In this document: piece by piece, positions 7,309 to 16,580 of the stretch
Layout: each line of letters starts with the position of its first letter
How positions within the stretch are numbered: the stretch's first letter is position 1
NCBI GenBank assembly: GCA_964634365.1
Contig: CAZWJU010000005.1
Location: forward strand, 1-27,638
Source of the DNA: an uncultured Candidatus Saccharibacteria bacterium
GTDB lineage: Bacteria; Patescibacteriota; Minisyncoccia; Phycocordibacterales; UBA9973
Direction: 5' to 3'
Length of the DNA stretch: 27,638 nt
Made by a program: the position numbers and the translations under genes
Notes under the pieces: generated by a model
The model's database searches: none
What the model saw: only the letters and a program-made list of their open reading frames with translations
Told to the model about the DNA's origin: nothing

Positions 7309-9792
7309 ATGGCCTTAATTAATAGCATATTTGGGAGCGCAGATTCCCGCTTTATAAAGTCAGTAAAACCTACTATAGACAAGATAAATTCTCTAGAGGA
7401 GGGACTTTTATCTTTGCCCGACGGAGCTTTTCCTGAAAAGACTGCTTCTCTAAAAGACCGTCTAAAAAAAGGGGAGACATTGGACGATATTTTGCCAGAG
7501 GCTTTTGCTCTTGTGCGTGAAGCATCTCGCAGAACCCTAGGACAGCGTCACTACGATGTTCAGCTAATCGGAGGTATTGTTTTACATAAAAATAAAATAG
7601 CTGAGATGCGAACAGGTGAAGGTAAGACTCTCGTTGCTACTTTACCTGTATACTTGAATGCTCTAAAAGGAGATGGTGTGCACGTTGTCACAGTAAACGA
7701 CTATCTAGCAAGTCGTGACGGAGAATGGATGGGGCAAGTATATGATTTTCTAGGTCTTAGTGTTGGAGTTATAAATTCACAACAAGTTTCATATCTGTAT
7801 ACAAAAAAAGATGGAGATCTAGAAAAAGAGCACGATGAAACAGGTTCTTTTAAAGTCATGTATGAATTTTTGAAGACTTGTACTAGGCGTGAGGCATATA
7901 TGGCTGATATTACTTATGGTACAAACAATGAGTTTGGTTTCGACTACTTGCGTGACAATCTGGTAGTAAATGCTTCCCAGATGGTTCAGCGTGGACACCC
8001 TTTTGCTGTTGTGGACGAAATAGACTCTATACTTATAGACGAAGCTAGAACTCCGCTTATAATTTCTGCTCCGACTTCCGATTCTGAAAAGCTTTACCAG
8101 ACTTTTGCTTCTATTGCTCGCAATCTAAAAAAAGACGAGGATTATACTGTAGAGGAGAAACACAAATCTATATCTCTGACCGACACGGGTATAACTAGTG
8201 CCGAAAAATCTTTAGGTATTGAAAATATATACTCAGAAAAGGGGATAAAGTATGTTCACCATCTGGAGACCGCTGTACGCGCAGAAGCTTTATATAAAAA
8301 AGATAAAGATTATGTTGTAAAAGACAATGAAATAATAATAGTCGATCCTTTTACTGGACGTATGCAACCAGGTCGTCGATGGAGCGAGGGTCTGCACCAG
8401 GCAATCGAGGCAAAGGAAGGTGTCGCAGTTCAAAAAGAATCTAGAGCAGCAGCTTCGATTACTTATCAGAACTACTTTAGACTATACAGCAAGCTCGGAG
8501 GTATGACAGGTACCGCAAAGACCTCAGAAGAAGAATTTTTCAAAGTTTATGGACTTGAGGTTATTACCATACCTACTTATAGAGAAATAAAAAGAATTGA
8601 TAATCCAGATCTGATTTACCAAAGTGAAATTGGTAAATGGAAAGCTATTGCAAAAAAAGTAAAGGAACTTCACAAGAAAGGTCAGCCGGTACTTATTGGT
8701 ACAATCTCTATTGAGAGAAATGAGCTTTTATCTGCTTTCTTAACCGAAGAAGGTGTCCCACATACTCTATTGAATGCTAAAAATCACGAACGAGAAGGTG
8801 AGCTTGTGTCAGAGGCGGGTAAACGTGGCGCTGTTACTGTTGCAACAAACATGGCTGGTCGCGGAGTTGATATCAAGCTTGGTGGCGCACTAGCAACAGA
8901 AGAGGAAAGACAAGAGATTCGTGACTTGGGCGGTCTATTTGTTCTTGGAACAGAGCGTCATGAGGCTCGTCGTATCGACAATCAGCTAAGAGGCCGATCT
9001 GGTCGCCAGGGTGATCCAGGAGAAACTCAGTTTTATGTATCACTTGAAGACGATCTTATGCGCGTTTTCGGTGCTGAAAGTATAAAACGTATGATGGGTA
9101 CTTTTGGTATTCCAGAAGATGAGCCTATAGCAAATCGTCTAATCAGTCGTGCTCTAGAAAGTGCTCAAGCAAAAATCGAAGGTTTTCACTTCGATGCTCG
9201 TAAAAACACTCTTGAATACGACGATGTATTGAATCATCAAAGAAAAAGCATATACAATCGACGCAAAACTCTTATCACAAGTACCCCAGAAGAGATCAGG
9301 AAATATATAGATGAATATATTGCCTCTGATAGTGAGCTGTCTAAGCTTGCTCTAGAAAAAAAGGCGCTTACTACAGAACAGAGCTTCTACGAGACTGTTC
9401 GTAGAATAATACTACATGTTTCAGATACCCTTTGGGCTGAGCACTTAGAAACTATGGACTACTTGAGATCATCGGTTAACTTGAGAGCTTATGGACAAAG
9501 AGAGCCACTTGTAGAATACAAAAAAGAGGGATTGATTTACTTCAAAAATATGGAACAGTCTGTCTTGGCTGAGGTCTGTGAAATACTTAAAACTGTTGAG
9601 ATAAAGTCAGAATCCAGTGTAAAGACAGAAGAGGTAAAACAGGATTTTGTTATTACAAGTGCTGGTTCGCTCGATTCGGACACTATGAGCCACCAAAAAG
9701 AGGCAGAAAATACGGGTCTTTCCAAAGTAGGGCGCAATGATCCGTGTCCTTGCGGGTCAGGCAAGAAGTATAAAAAGTGCCACGGGGCTTAG
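7309..9792 (+). CDS. secA: Preprotein translocase ATPase SecA
   Basis: N-terminus [17 protein letters not shown]. Walker [19 protein letters not shown]-like [20 protein letters not shown]-terminal zinc finger [14 protein letters not shown]. Confidence 0.95.
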   Translation: MALINSIFGSADSRFIKSVKPTIDKINSLEEGLLSLPDGAFPEKTASLKDRLKKGETLDDILPEAFALVREASRRTLGQRHYDVQLIGGIVLHKNKIAEMRTGEGKTLVATLPVYLNALKGDGVHVVTVNDYLASRDGEWMGQVYDFLGLSVGVINSQQVSYLYTKKDGDLEKEHDETGSFKVMYEFLKTCTRREAYMADITYGTNNEFGFDYLRDNLVVNASQMVQRGHPFAVVDEIDSILIDEARTPLIISAPTSDSEKLYQTFASIARNLKKDEDYTVEEKHKSISLTDTGITSAEKSLGIENIYSEKGIKYVHHLETAVRAEALYKKDKDYVVKDNEIIIVDPFTGRMQPGRRWSEGLHQAIEAKEGVAVQKESRAAASITYQNYFRLYSKLGGMTGTAKTSEEEFFKVYGLEVITIPTYREIKRIDNPDLIYQSEIGKWKAIAKKVKELHKKGQPVLIGTISIERNELLSAFLTEEGVPHTLLNAKNHEREGELVSEAGKRGAVTVATNMAGRGVDIKLGGALATEEERQEIRDLGGLFVLGTERHEARRIDNQLRGRSGRQGDPGETQFYVSLEDDLMRVFGAESIKRMMGTFGIPEDEPIANRLISRALESAQAKIEGFHFDARKNTLEYDDVLNHQRKSIYNRRKTLITSTPEEIRKYIDEYIASDSELSKLALEKKALTTEQSFYETVRRIILHVSDTLWAEHLETMDYLRSSVNLRAYGQREPLVEYKKEGLIYFKNMEQSVLAEVCEILKTVEIKSESSVKTEEVKQDFVITSAGSLDSDTMSHQKEAENTGLSKVGRNDPCPCGSGKKYKKCHGA

Positions 9793-9872
9793 TTTTTGGT
9801 AAAAAGTCCAAAAAGCTATCCACAGCCTAAAATAGCACCACATTTAAGCCATAACTGTCAAGCCACAATGTC

Positions 9873-9903
9873 AAAAATATCCTTATTTATAAGGATATTT
9901 TTG
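9873..9903. terminator. Palindromic AT-rich hairpin terminator after secA (aaaatatcctta-ttta-taaggatatttt)
   Basis: Perfect 12-bp inverted repeat flanked by A/T runs. Confidence 0.55.
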
Positions 9904-9905
9904 AT

Positions 9906-9933
9906 TTGACACTCTCCAAAATAGTGGTATAAC
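9906..9933 (+). promoter_or_regulatory. Sigma70-like promoter TTGACA-N16-TATAAC upstream of the SLT gene
   Basis: Read directly. Leaves a ~130-nt 5' UTR. Confidence 0.5.
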
Positions 9934-10075
9934 TATTGACTTTATCTTCACAATATGCTACTATTGTCTTGTCTCCAAAAACGTTATGTTTATGGAGTTT
10001 TTCTTTTAAAGCCTAAGTTTTTACTTAACGGCTCGTAAATCAGTTACGTAGTTTGGCGGAGCAAAACCGCTAGTT

Positions 10076-10687
10076 ATGAATAAAGACAGCATCTTACGCT
10101 CTCTACAGTCATTTGTCGTACTTCCTATTTTGGCGACAAACATGCTTGCACTCCCAGCGGGTACAGTCATGCTTCCAACTGCTAGAGTATCAATGACAGA
10201 ACAAAATGGGCCCCTTATCGAGACGATCACTGATAACCAACAGAAAGAACGAATCGATACGGCTAAAAAAATAGACACATACTTCGCTACTCGCGACATG
10301 CCACTCGAAGGAACTGGTATGAAGATGGTAATCGAAGCAGAAAAAAATGATATAGACCCTTACTTGATCGCAGCTATCGCAGTTCGTGAATCTACTGGTG
10401 GAAAACACCAATGTAAGAGTCAGGCTTCCCTAGGTAAGGTTAATCCTTTCGGTTGGGGAGGTTGTAAGCTCGGTTTCGAATCCTATGATCATGCAATTGA
10501 AACAGTTGCTCGTAACCTAGGAGGTAACAACCCGAAGACTGCTCATCACTATGGTGATAAGTCTACGATAGAAATTCTTGAAGCTTATAACCCTCGTACT
10601 GTGGTTGCAACATACCCAGAACAAGTTGTAAAAATCATGAATACTATTGCTCAAACAGAGACAGTAGCAACAGAAAAGTCCGCTTAA
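10076..10687 (+). CDS. Lytic transglycosylase (SLT/lysozyme-like domain) protein with N-terminal hydrophobic anchor
   Basis: SLT catalytic-region signature YLIAAIAVRESTGG (the Glu-Ser of transglycosylases). N-terminal hydrophobic stretch. Confidence 0.6.
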   Translation: MNKDSILRSLQSFVVLPILATNMLALPAGTVMLPTARVSMTEQNGPLIETITDNQQKERIDTAKKIDTYFATRDMPLEGTGMKMVIEAEKNDIDPYLIAAIAVRESTGGKHQCKSQASLGKVNPFGWGGCKLGFESYDHAIETVARNLGGNNPKTAHHYGDKSTIEILEAYNPRTVVATYPEQVVKIMNTIAQTETVATEKSA

Positions 10688-10704
10688 GTCGCGGGCTTTT
10701 TTGT

Positions 10705-10733
10705 TTGACGGTATGTATCTTTGGTGCTATAAA
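10705..10733 (+). promoter_or_regulatory. Sigma70-like promoter TTGACG-N17-TATAAA
   Basis: Read directly. Upstream of the 10777 gene. Confidence 0.5.
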
Positions 10734-10776
10734 GCTTTTGTAAACAAGTTCTTTTCACAAAAAAACAATATAAAAT

Positions 10777-11841
10777 ATGAAGTTTATTTTATTAGTACTC
10801 GTTACTATGTTTTTTATCCCTGATACCACAAACGCGCAGAAGTGTATTGTGGATGTAGATCATCTGCTTACCCACATGGCGCAAGTAAAATTCGATAAAA
10901 TCGGAATCGTAACTTATGCTGAAATACTGGTCAATGAAATTGACGCAGATGGAGATCGGGGCAAGCCCACGCTAGTTTTTGTAGACGCAAAATACTTAGA
11001 TTTAATAAAAAGCTTACCCACACCTGTCTATGTAAATGTTGCAACAGTAAAGTACAAGAACGGTAGATTTGTGCAGGCTACTGCAAAGGATAAAAATTCT
11101 GCTAGATTGATATGTGGTTTTGGCAATGAATTACCATTTCCTCCGCTCCCTCCGCTTGCTACAGAGACAGGTAGAAGTATCGGGTATTTTGATTTACAGT
11201 ACAATATTTTTTACGAAGTACCTTTCAGGCGCCCCGGTAAAGATACGGTTATATGGCAAGGTGCTATGACTACAATTGATACCAGTGATCGCACGGGCAA
11301 GGTAACTAAAAAAATTAAACTAGTAACTCTCAAAAGCAGGGAAGATATAGGTCTTTTTGATTCACTTCAGTATGCAGTTAGGGTTGAAGCTTTTAATTCA
11401 GTTTGGAGTAATGAGAAAAATAAATTTGTTTCTCCTGACGAGACTCCCTATATAGACGACAAAAATATAGACAGGCCAAAAGTTTTCGGTTTGAGCAAAA
11501 CAGATCGTCTGACAAATTTTGTTGTATGGGGTGCTGATATATATACACCACCTATTTCAGTAGAAAACGATTCAATTTTTGAAGATGCTACAGATGTTTC
11601 GGTGCCAACTATAAAAGTTGAAGCTATCTTAATTTCTGAAAATACAGTTTTGTTGAAATGGGATAGTGTTGGAGTGGATTGGAGTTTGTACACGATAACC
11701 CTGATTTATCCAAGTGGAAATACTAAACAATTTCCCGCAGATGAAGCTACTATGAGACTTAAAAACCTGCCGAAAGGAGGAATATTTAAAGTCTTAGTTG
11801 ATGGCCCAAACGGAAAAGGGGAAACTACGTTCGAAAATTGA
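10777..11841 (+). CDS. Secreted protein, paralog A (signal peptide MKFILLVLVTMFFIPDTTNA|QK), function unknown
   Basis: Signal peptide. Shares blocks with the 12005 gene: KSLPTPVYVN..NG.FV, IGYFDLQYNIFYEVPFRRPGKDTVIWQGAMTTIDTSD, RVEAFNSVWSNEKNKFV, and a C-terminal Y.I.LIYPSGN.K.F..LKNLPKG module. Confidence 0.7.
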   Translation: MKFILLVLVTMFFIPDTTNAQKCIVDVDHLLTHMAQVKFDKIGIVTYAEILVNEIDADGDRGKPTLVFVDAKYLDLIKSLPTPVYVNVATVKYKNGRFVQATAKDKNSARLICGFGNELPFPPLPPLATETGRSIGYFDLQYNIFYEVPFRRPGKDTVIWQGAMTTIDTSDRTGKVTKKIKLVTLKSREDIGLFDSLQYAVRVEAFNSVWSNEKNKFVSPDETPYIDDKNIDRPKVFGLSKTDRLTNFVVWGADIYTPPISVENDSIFEDATDVSVPTIKVEAILISENTVLLKWDSVGVDWSLYTITLIYPSGNTKQFPADEATMRLKNLPKGGIFKVLVDGPNGKGETTFEN

Positions 11842-11846
11842 CTTTT

Positions 11847-11880
11847 AAACCCGCGCAAGTAGCGCGGGTTTTCTTATTTT
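11847..11880 (+). terminator. Intrinsic terminator aaacccgcgcaagtagcgcgggttt + T-run
   Basis: Perfect GC stem. Nearly identical in architecture to the terminator at 13116-13150. Confidence 0.85.
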
Positions 11881-11918
11881 AGCCTTATTTTTCAATGGTT
11901 TTTTTGCTTTTTAGTACA

Positions 11919-11947
11919 TTGACAAATATGATGAAATCTGATATAAT
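11919..11947 (+). promoter_or_regulatory. Consensus sigma70 promoter TTGACA-N17-TATAAT
   Basis: Read directly. Confidence 0.6.
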
Positions 11948-12004
11948 ACTGCTGTGGAGCAAATGCTCACTAGTTCATTTCGTAAACAATAAATAAAAAG
12001 ATAA

Positions 12005-13093
12005 ATGAAGAAAATCATTTTCCTGACTTTACTCGCGACACTCGGTGTTGCAAACACTTGTTTCGCGCAAGGTGCAAGATCTATCATGGATTTTAACACC
12101 ATCTTTAGCTACGGAGCTGAGGTGAAAGTTGATGCTTTAGGTACACTTGATCTTGGTGAAGTATCACTCGGATCTATTTCTGGTTCGCAGAAAAATGGAT
12201 CACTTGATTCAAAATTATGTTTCATCGACCCAGCTCATTTAGCAAACTTAAAGAGTTTGCCTAAGCCAATTTATGTAGATTGGGAGATTGTTAAGATTGA
12301 AAATGGTCATCTGGTGCCAGGTACTGAAGCAGAAGTTGCAAAAAACAAAGCAATCAGACTTGTTTTTAAGTACGGAGTACTTTTACCTGAAGGTAAGCAA
12401 ACTTACGTTTTGCCGTCTGCATTAAAAGATTATCGTAACATTGGATTGCTTGATTTGCAGTTCACTATTTTTTACCAGATGGATTTTCAGAAACCTGGTA
12501 AAGATATTTCAATTTGGCAAACTGCCGAGACAATTGTGGACACGGCTGATGGCTCAGTATCAATGAAGCTCGTTAGCTTTACCGATGAGGGTGATTTCAG
12601 TAAATTAAAATCGCTGAAGTACCGGACTCGTGTAGAGAGTGTTCCAAGCACATGGTCCGATGAAAAAGATAAGTTTGTGCACAAGACAGAATCTGATTGG
12701 GCGCATAAAATTTGGTTTATTAAATGGGATAAAACTGACAAGTATACTCTTGAAAAAGCATGGAGCGCAGATATTCCCGTTGAGCCAAAAGATGCTCAAT
12801 TTCAGCAGTCATCTAGTAGTAACAGTAGTATGGGACAGACCCAAACTAGCTCGTTTAGTATTAGTGCCACAACCAGTGGCAACATAACCACTGTAAAGTG
12901 GACTGAGACCGCTGGTGCGACGAGTTACAAGCTGTCGCTGACCTATCCGAACGGAGGGGTGAAAGATTTCAATTCGAGCGAAAACTCGATTGGTCTGAAA
13001 AACCTCCCTCCGGGAGTGTACAAAGCCACTGTGACTGCAAATGCATCAAATGGATCAGTGCTCTCAACCGGAAGCGGTCAGATTACGAACTAA
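12005..13093 (+). CDS. Secreted protein, paralog B (signal peptide MKKIIFLTLLATLGVANTCFA|QG), function unknown
   Basis: Shares the conserved blocks of the 10777 gene (KSLPKPIYVD..NGHLV, IGLLDLQFTIFYQMDFQKPGKDISIWQTAETIVDTAD, RVESVPSTWSDEKDKFV, YKLSLTYPNGGVKDF..LKNLPPG). Ser/Thr-rich linker SSSSNSSMGQTQTSSFS. Confidence 0.7.
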   Translation: MKKIIFLTLLATLGVANTCFAQGARSIMDFNTIFSYGAEVKVDALGTLDLGEVSLGSISGSQKNGSLDSKLCFIDPAHLANLKSLPKPIYVDWEIVKIENGHLVPGTEAEVAKNKAIRLVFKYGVLLPEGKQTYVLPSALKDYRNIGLLDLQFTIFYQMDFQKPGKDISIWQTAETIVDTADGSVSMKLVSFTDEGDFSKLKSLKYRTRVESVPSTWSDEKDKFVHKTESDWAHKIWFIKWDKTDKYTLEKAWSADIPVEPKDAQFQQSSSSNSSMGQTQTSSFSISATTSGNITTVKWTETAGATSYKLSLTYPNGGVKDFNSSENSIGLKNLPPGVYKATVTANASNGSVLSTGSGQITN

Positions 13094-13115
13094 TTTTTTA
13101 TTTTTTTATTTTATT

Positions 13116-13187
13116 AAACCCGCTCAGCTGAGCGGGTTTTCTTATTTTTTTTAATTAAAAATCCCCTCTGGGGATTTTTTCTTTATT
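13116..13187 (+). terminator. Tandem intrinsic terminators (aaacccgctcagctgagcgggttt + T-run; aaaaatcccctctggggatttttt)
   Basis: Two consecutive GC hairpins with T-runs. Confidence 0.85.
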
Positions 13188-13546
13188 TTTTCTAATCATT
13201 ACTTTTTCAAAAAAGTAATACAAAAACTTCTTTGCGTGTATCAAGAAAGACACTCACGAAACTCGGACTCACTAAAAGTATTAACTCGGCTACCACCTCA
13301 AACAGAATACTTTTTCCTAACGGAACATTCGTCCTCGTTTGTTCATATATACACAGATTTATAATGCAAAGCTAGGGTTCAAGGATTCTAAATACACCAA
13401 TCCATACTTTTAAAAAGGCTAGTGAGCGCGACGGCGCGAAACTCGAGGAATTTTCTAGCAAGAAAATATCCGTGCTTTTTAAAAGTGATGGATAAAATAA
13501 AGTTTTCCGGAAACTAGACTCTGGGTTACTACGGACGTGATATGGG

Positions 13547-14308
13547 TTAAATCAAAAACAAAAACACGAGTGCGAGGAGTATGCGATATACTCCAAACCC
13601 TATAAAGTCATGTTTCTCTATATATCGAATAAATATTTTTACAGCAAATAGCGCTGATACAAAAGCACTTACAAATCCAATCCCAAGCAACATCCATTCA
13701 TTTTGTGAAAAACTAAAACCAGTCTTTACCAAGTCTAGTCCACTTGCTGCGATAAGTGTCGGTATGCCAAGCAGGAAAGAGAACTCAACAACATCTTTTC
13801 GGCTTATTCCAATAGACAGTCCACCGATAATCATCGCTCCTGATCTTGATACGCCCGGTATAAAGGCGAGAGTTTGAAATACTCCAAGCCAGAAAGCACT
13901 TTTAGCTGTGATTTCTTTTGGTTCATTTTGCGCTCTTTTCTTAAACCATATTTCAAAAAGTATGATGAGTATTCCTCCAAAAAGTAGTGAATATATAACC
14001 ACATAAGTATTGCTGAGCAGAAATTCTTTTATAAATGGATACAGCAGTACGCCGATTATTGCTGTGGGTATAAATGCTAGAGCGATTTTCCTGATCAGAT
14101 TCCAATTTTTAAGTACTTTTTTTATAAACAAAAAAAGTACAGCCAGTAGTGCTCCGACTTGTATTGTAACTGTGAAGCTTTCTACAAAAGGTGTTGCTTC
14201 TATTCCAAGTGTGCGCGTAGCAAGTATCAGATGTCCAGTAGACGATATCGGCAAGAACTCTGTAACACCCTCCACAAGTCCTAAGATTATTGATTGTAAT
14301 ATTGTCAT
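13547..14308 (-). CDS. uppP: Undecaprenyl-diphosphate phosphatase
   Basis: MTILQSIILGLVEGVTEFLPISSTGHLIL..., FIPGVSRSGA and polytopic hydrophobic profile typical of BacA/UppP. Confidence 0.9.
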   Translation of the reverse strand: MTILQSIILGLVEGVTEFLPISSTGHLILATRTLGIEATPFVESFTVTIQVGALLAVLFLFIKKVLKNWNLIRKIALAFIPTAIIGVLLYPFIKEFLLSNTYVVIYSLLFGGILIILFEIWFKKRAQNEPKEITAKSAFWLGVFQTLAFIPGVSRSGAMIIGGLSIGISRKDVVEFSFLLGIPTLIAASGLDLVKTGFSFSQNEWMLLGIGFVSAFVSALFAVKIFIRYIEKHDFIGFGVYRILLALVFLFLI

Positions 14309-14997
14309 TATTTATTTACAAACAAGAAGCTAGATATTATTGCAGCAGTTTCAGCTCTGAGTGTTGAGTTGCCTATACTAATAGTATTTATTCCCAAGTT
14401 TTTTGCTGTTTGTATCTCTGCGTCACTCCAGCCGCCTTCTGGTCCTATAAATATTGAAACCTCTTCTGGTATTTCACCCAGTTCATCAAAAGAAGTTCCT
14501 TCCATATGAAGTAAATATTTTTCTCCCGGAGAAGTTTTGAGAGCATCTACAAAGTTTGTTTTTTCTTTTAGGGTAGGTAGATATGATCCACCAGATTGTT
14601 CGAGTGCTTCTCTCATAATAATTTTTAATCTGTCTTCTTTTAAACCAGTTTTTACAGTCCTGTCGGATTCTATAGGGTTTATACTATCGACACCGACTTC
14701 TGTTGCTTTCTGTGCTACAAGTTCAAAGTTTTCTTTTTTTAGGATAGATAAATACAAGTGAACCTTGTGTGATTTTTTCTCTACACTGATTCTCTCTATA
14801 ACACTTCCGACTATAGAGTCTTTTGATATTTCTGTGAGTGCGATATGAACATCATGCCCAGCACCATTTGTGAGTATGATTTCTTCTGAAACACGAAGTT
14901 TCAAAACATTTTTGATTTGGTGAATTAGATCTGTATTTTCAATAAATACATTGTTGCCGATTTCTTTGTAATTGGAGAGAAAGCGATGAATTTTCAT
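14308..14997 (-). CDS. rsmE: 16S rRNA (uracil1498-N3)-methyltransferase RsmE
   Basis: C-terminal SPOUT motif IFIGPEGGWSDAEI...GNSTLRAETAAI. N-terminal PUA-like region. Overlaps uppP by 1 nt (operon). Confidence 0.8.
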   Translation of the reverse strand: MKIHRFLSNYKEIGNNVFIENTDLIHQIKNVLKLRVSEEIILTNGAGHDVHIALTEISKDSIVGSVIERISVEKKSHKVHLYLSILKKENFELVAQKATEVGVDSINPIESDRTVKTGLKEDRLKIIMREALEQSGGSYLPTLKEKTNFVDALKTSPGEKYLLHMEGTSFDELGEIPEEVSIFIGPEGGWSDAEIQTAKNLGINTISIGNSTLRAETAAIISSFLFVNK

Positions 14998-14999
14998 TG

Positions 15000-15527
15000 T
15001 TATACACCGACAAATATAGTGTAGAAGATTTTTACCACAGGGTCGACATCAGGTCCATATACAAGTGCTCCACCGAGAGATCCAGCGACTGTTATGAAAA
15101 ATAGTCCAACAACTGCAAGTAGTATCAAAATACCTTTTTTCCAAAATATTGATTTTATTTTTAGCAGTAGATTCCAGATAGTTTGTCCTATTCCATTTGC
15201 TGTATATTTTGCAAATATTTGAGTTTTTTCAACAAGCCAGACTAGGTATACTATTGCGAGTATTCCAAAGATGTAGCTTGCTCCTACTGCAAAAAATGCA
15301 TGAGTTTCAACAAGCTTGCCCTGCGGTCCATTTTCCATAACCTCTCCGACAAGTTCACCAGTTTGAATTGCGAGCATAGAAGATATAGATCCTATGATTA
15401 GAAATGCAGATTTTATGTAGTTGACTGTATCTGTTTGTTCAAATCTTTTTATACGAATAATTTCAAAAAGTGCATAAATAGTAAAAAGCGCAATAGGGAA
15501 GTGCACAAAAATTGGGTGAATATTCAT
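15000..15527 (-). CDS. DUF2231-like polytopic membrane protein
   Basis: MNIHPIFVHFPIALF motif and 4-5 TM helices. An ATG at 15527 is preceded by tgctataat; the ORF could extend to 15563. Confidence 0.55.
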   Translation of the reverse strand: MNIHPIFVHFPIALFTIYALFEIIRIKRFEQTDTVNYIKSAFLIIGSISSMLAIQTGELVGEVMENGPQGKLVETHAFFAVGASYIFGILAIVYLVWLVEKTQIFAKYTANGIGQTIWNLLLKIKSIFWKKGILILLAVVGLFFITVAGSLGGALVYGPDVDPVVKIFYTIFVGV

Positions 15528-15684
15528 ATTTTTATTATAGCATTTCAACAAGACTCGTGTCACAAAAGTCTTTTTGTTTCGTCATAAACTATAGACGATA
15601 AGTCGATTATTATTTCCTTTCGACAGGGGGATTACAAGCACAAAGCCGCTCCAATATCCTTGGGCGGTTTTGTATTTTATGAGG

Positions 15685-15713
15685 TTGACTTTTCTCATAT
15701 TTTGTGATATGAT
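15685..15713 (+). promoter_or_regulatory. Sigma70-like promoter TTGACT-N17-TATGAT
   Basis: Read directly. Confidence 0.5.
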
Positions 15714-15755
15714 ACTACAGTATATTGTTCACAAAAAAAACAAAAAAATACAGAT

Positions 15756-16325
15756 ATGAAGAAATACTTAACTTTACTTTTCGCGTCAATTTTTGGACTG
15801 ACGGCATGTCAAAAAGACCCAATGCCGGGCGATCTTTTAAATAAGATCGACGGTACCTGGTTCGGGTATCAAGTTTACTTTGGTCAGGCTTCTGTGCTCG
15901 ATGTTTCTGACCAGGGGTTGGCTGATCTTTTCATCACCTTCGATTTGGATGGCATCGTAACGATGCAGTTCATGTCGTACGGCGGAACTGATCCGAATTC
16001 AGGGGGCGAGTCTTATTGGCCCGACCAGACGTTTGTCGGCGATTATTGGAGAAATACCGATGGAAGCTGGCATGTGCAATTTGGCAACTATGATACGTTG
16101 CACGTTACAACCAATCGTAAGTTCGCCCTTGATTGGACTAATGGAGATTATAGTTACACCCCTGGCGGTGCTCCGAGTGATGAAACTCGCGAGAGCTTCA
16201 CACTAACCTCCTTAAATGGAGAGAATACTGGATCAAGTTGGACACTTGTCTGGTACTCCAAGGTTGGGTGGCTCAAAGCCCGGACCGCAGAGGATATCGC
16301 TCCGACCGATACGTACTATCGGTAA
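15756..16325 (+). CDS. Lipoprotein (lipobox GLTAC), function unknown
   Basis: MKKYLTLLFASIFGLTAC|QKD. Terminator at 16347-16380 (aaaacccgttctaactagaacgggtttttt). Confidence 0.65.
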   Translation: MKKYLTLLFASIFGLTACQKDPMPGDLLNKIDGTWFGYQVYFGQASVLDVSDQGLADLFITFDLDGIVTMQFMSYGGTDPNSGGESYWPDQTFVGDYWRNTDGSWHVQFGNYDTLHVTTNRKFALDWTNGDYSYTPGGAPSDETRESFTLTSLNGENTGSSWTLVWYSKVGWLKARTAEDIAPTDTYYR

Positions 16326-16383
16326 AGGTAAAGGTAAAATTTTTTCAAAACCCGTTCTAACTAGAACGGGTTTTTTATTTGAC

Positions 16384-16412
16384 TTGACAATATATATTTT
16401 ATTTGGTAGTAT
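16384..16412 (+). promoter_or_regulatory. Sigma70-like promoter TTGACA-N17-TAGTAT
   Basis: Read directly, immediately after the preceding terminator. Confidence 0.55.
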
Positions 16413-16580
16413 TTGCGACGAATGATCCTTTGAATCAATGCACACAAAGTCGTATTTTTACGATTAATGATGTGCCGAACAAGGCTTATTGTCTGAATAT
16501 TTATTCAGAGTTCGTTAATCATATAAGCATAGTTGGAATCTCTAAAAGATTATCCGGTTTTTTCCTACCTAAAAAGGAAT

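Noticed and set aside
7128-7382. Minus-strand 84-aa ORF (poly-Phe/Ala) overlapping the Lys-rich micro-ORF and the secA 5' end
   Set aside because: Low-complexity translation of a polypurine/pyrimidine tract. It overlaps the secA start and terminator.
10460-10480. tRNA T-arm-like string ggtttcgaatcc
   Set aside because: It lies inside the SLT CDS, has one extra base relative to GGTTCGAATCC, and there is no acceptor/anticodon-stem context. No tRNA genes were found in the window.
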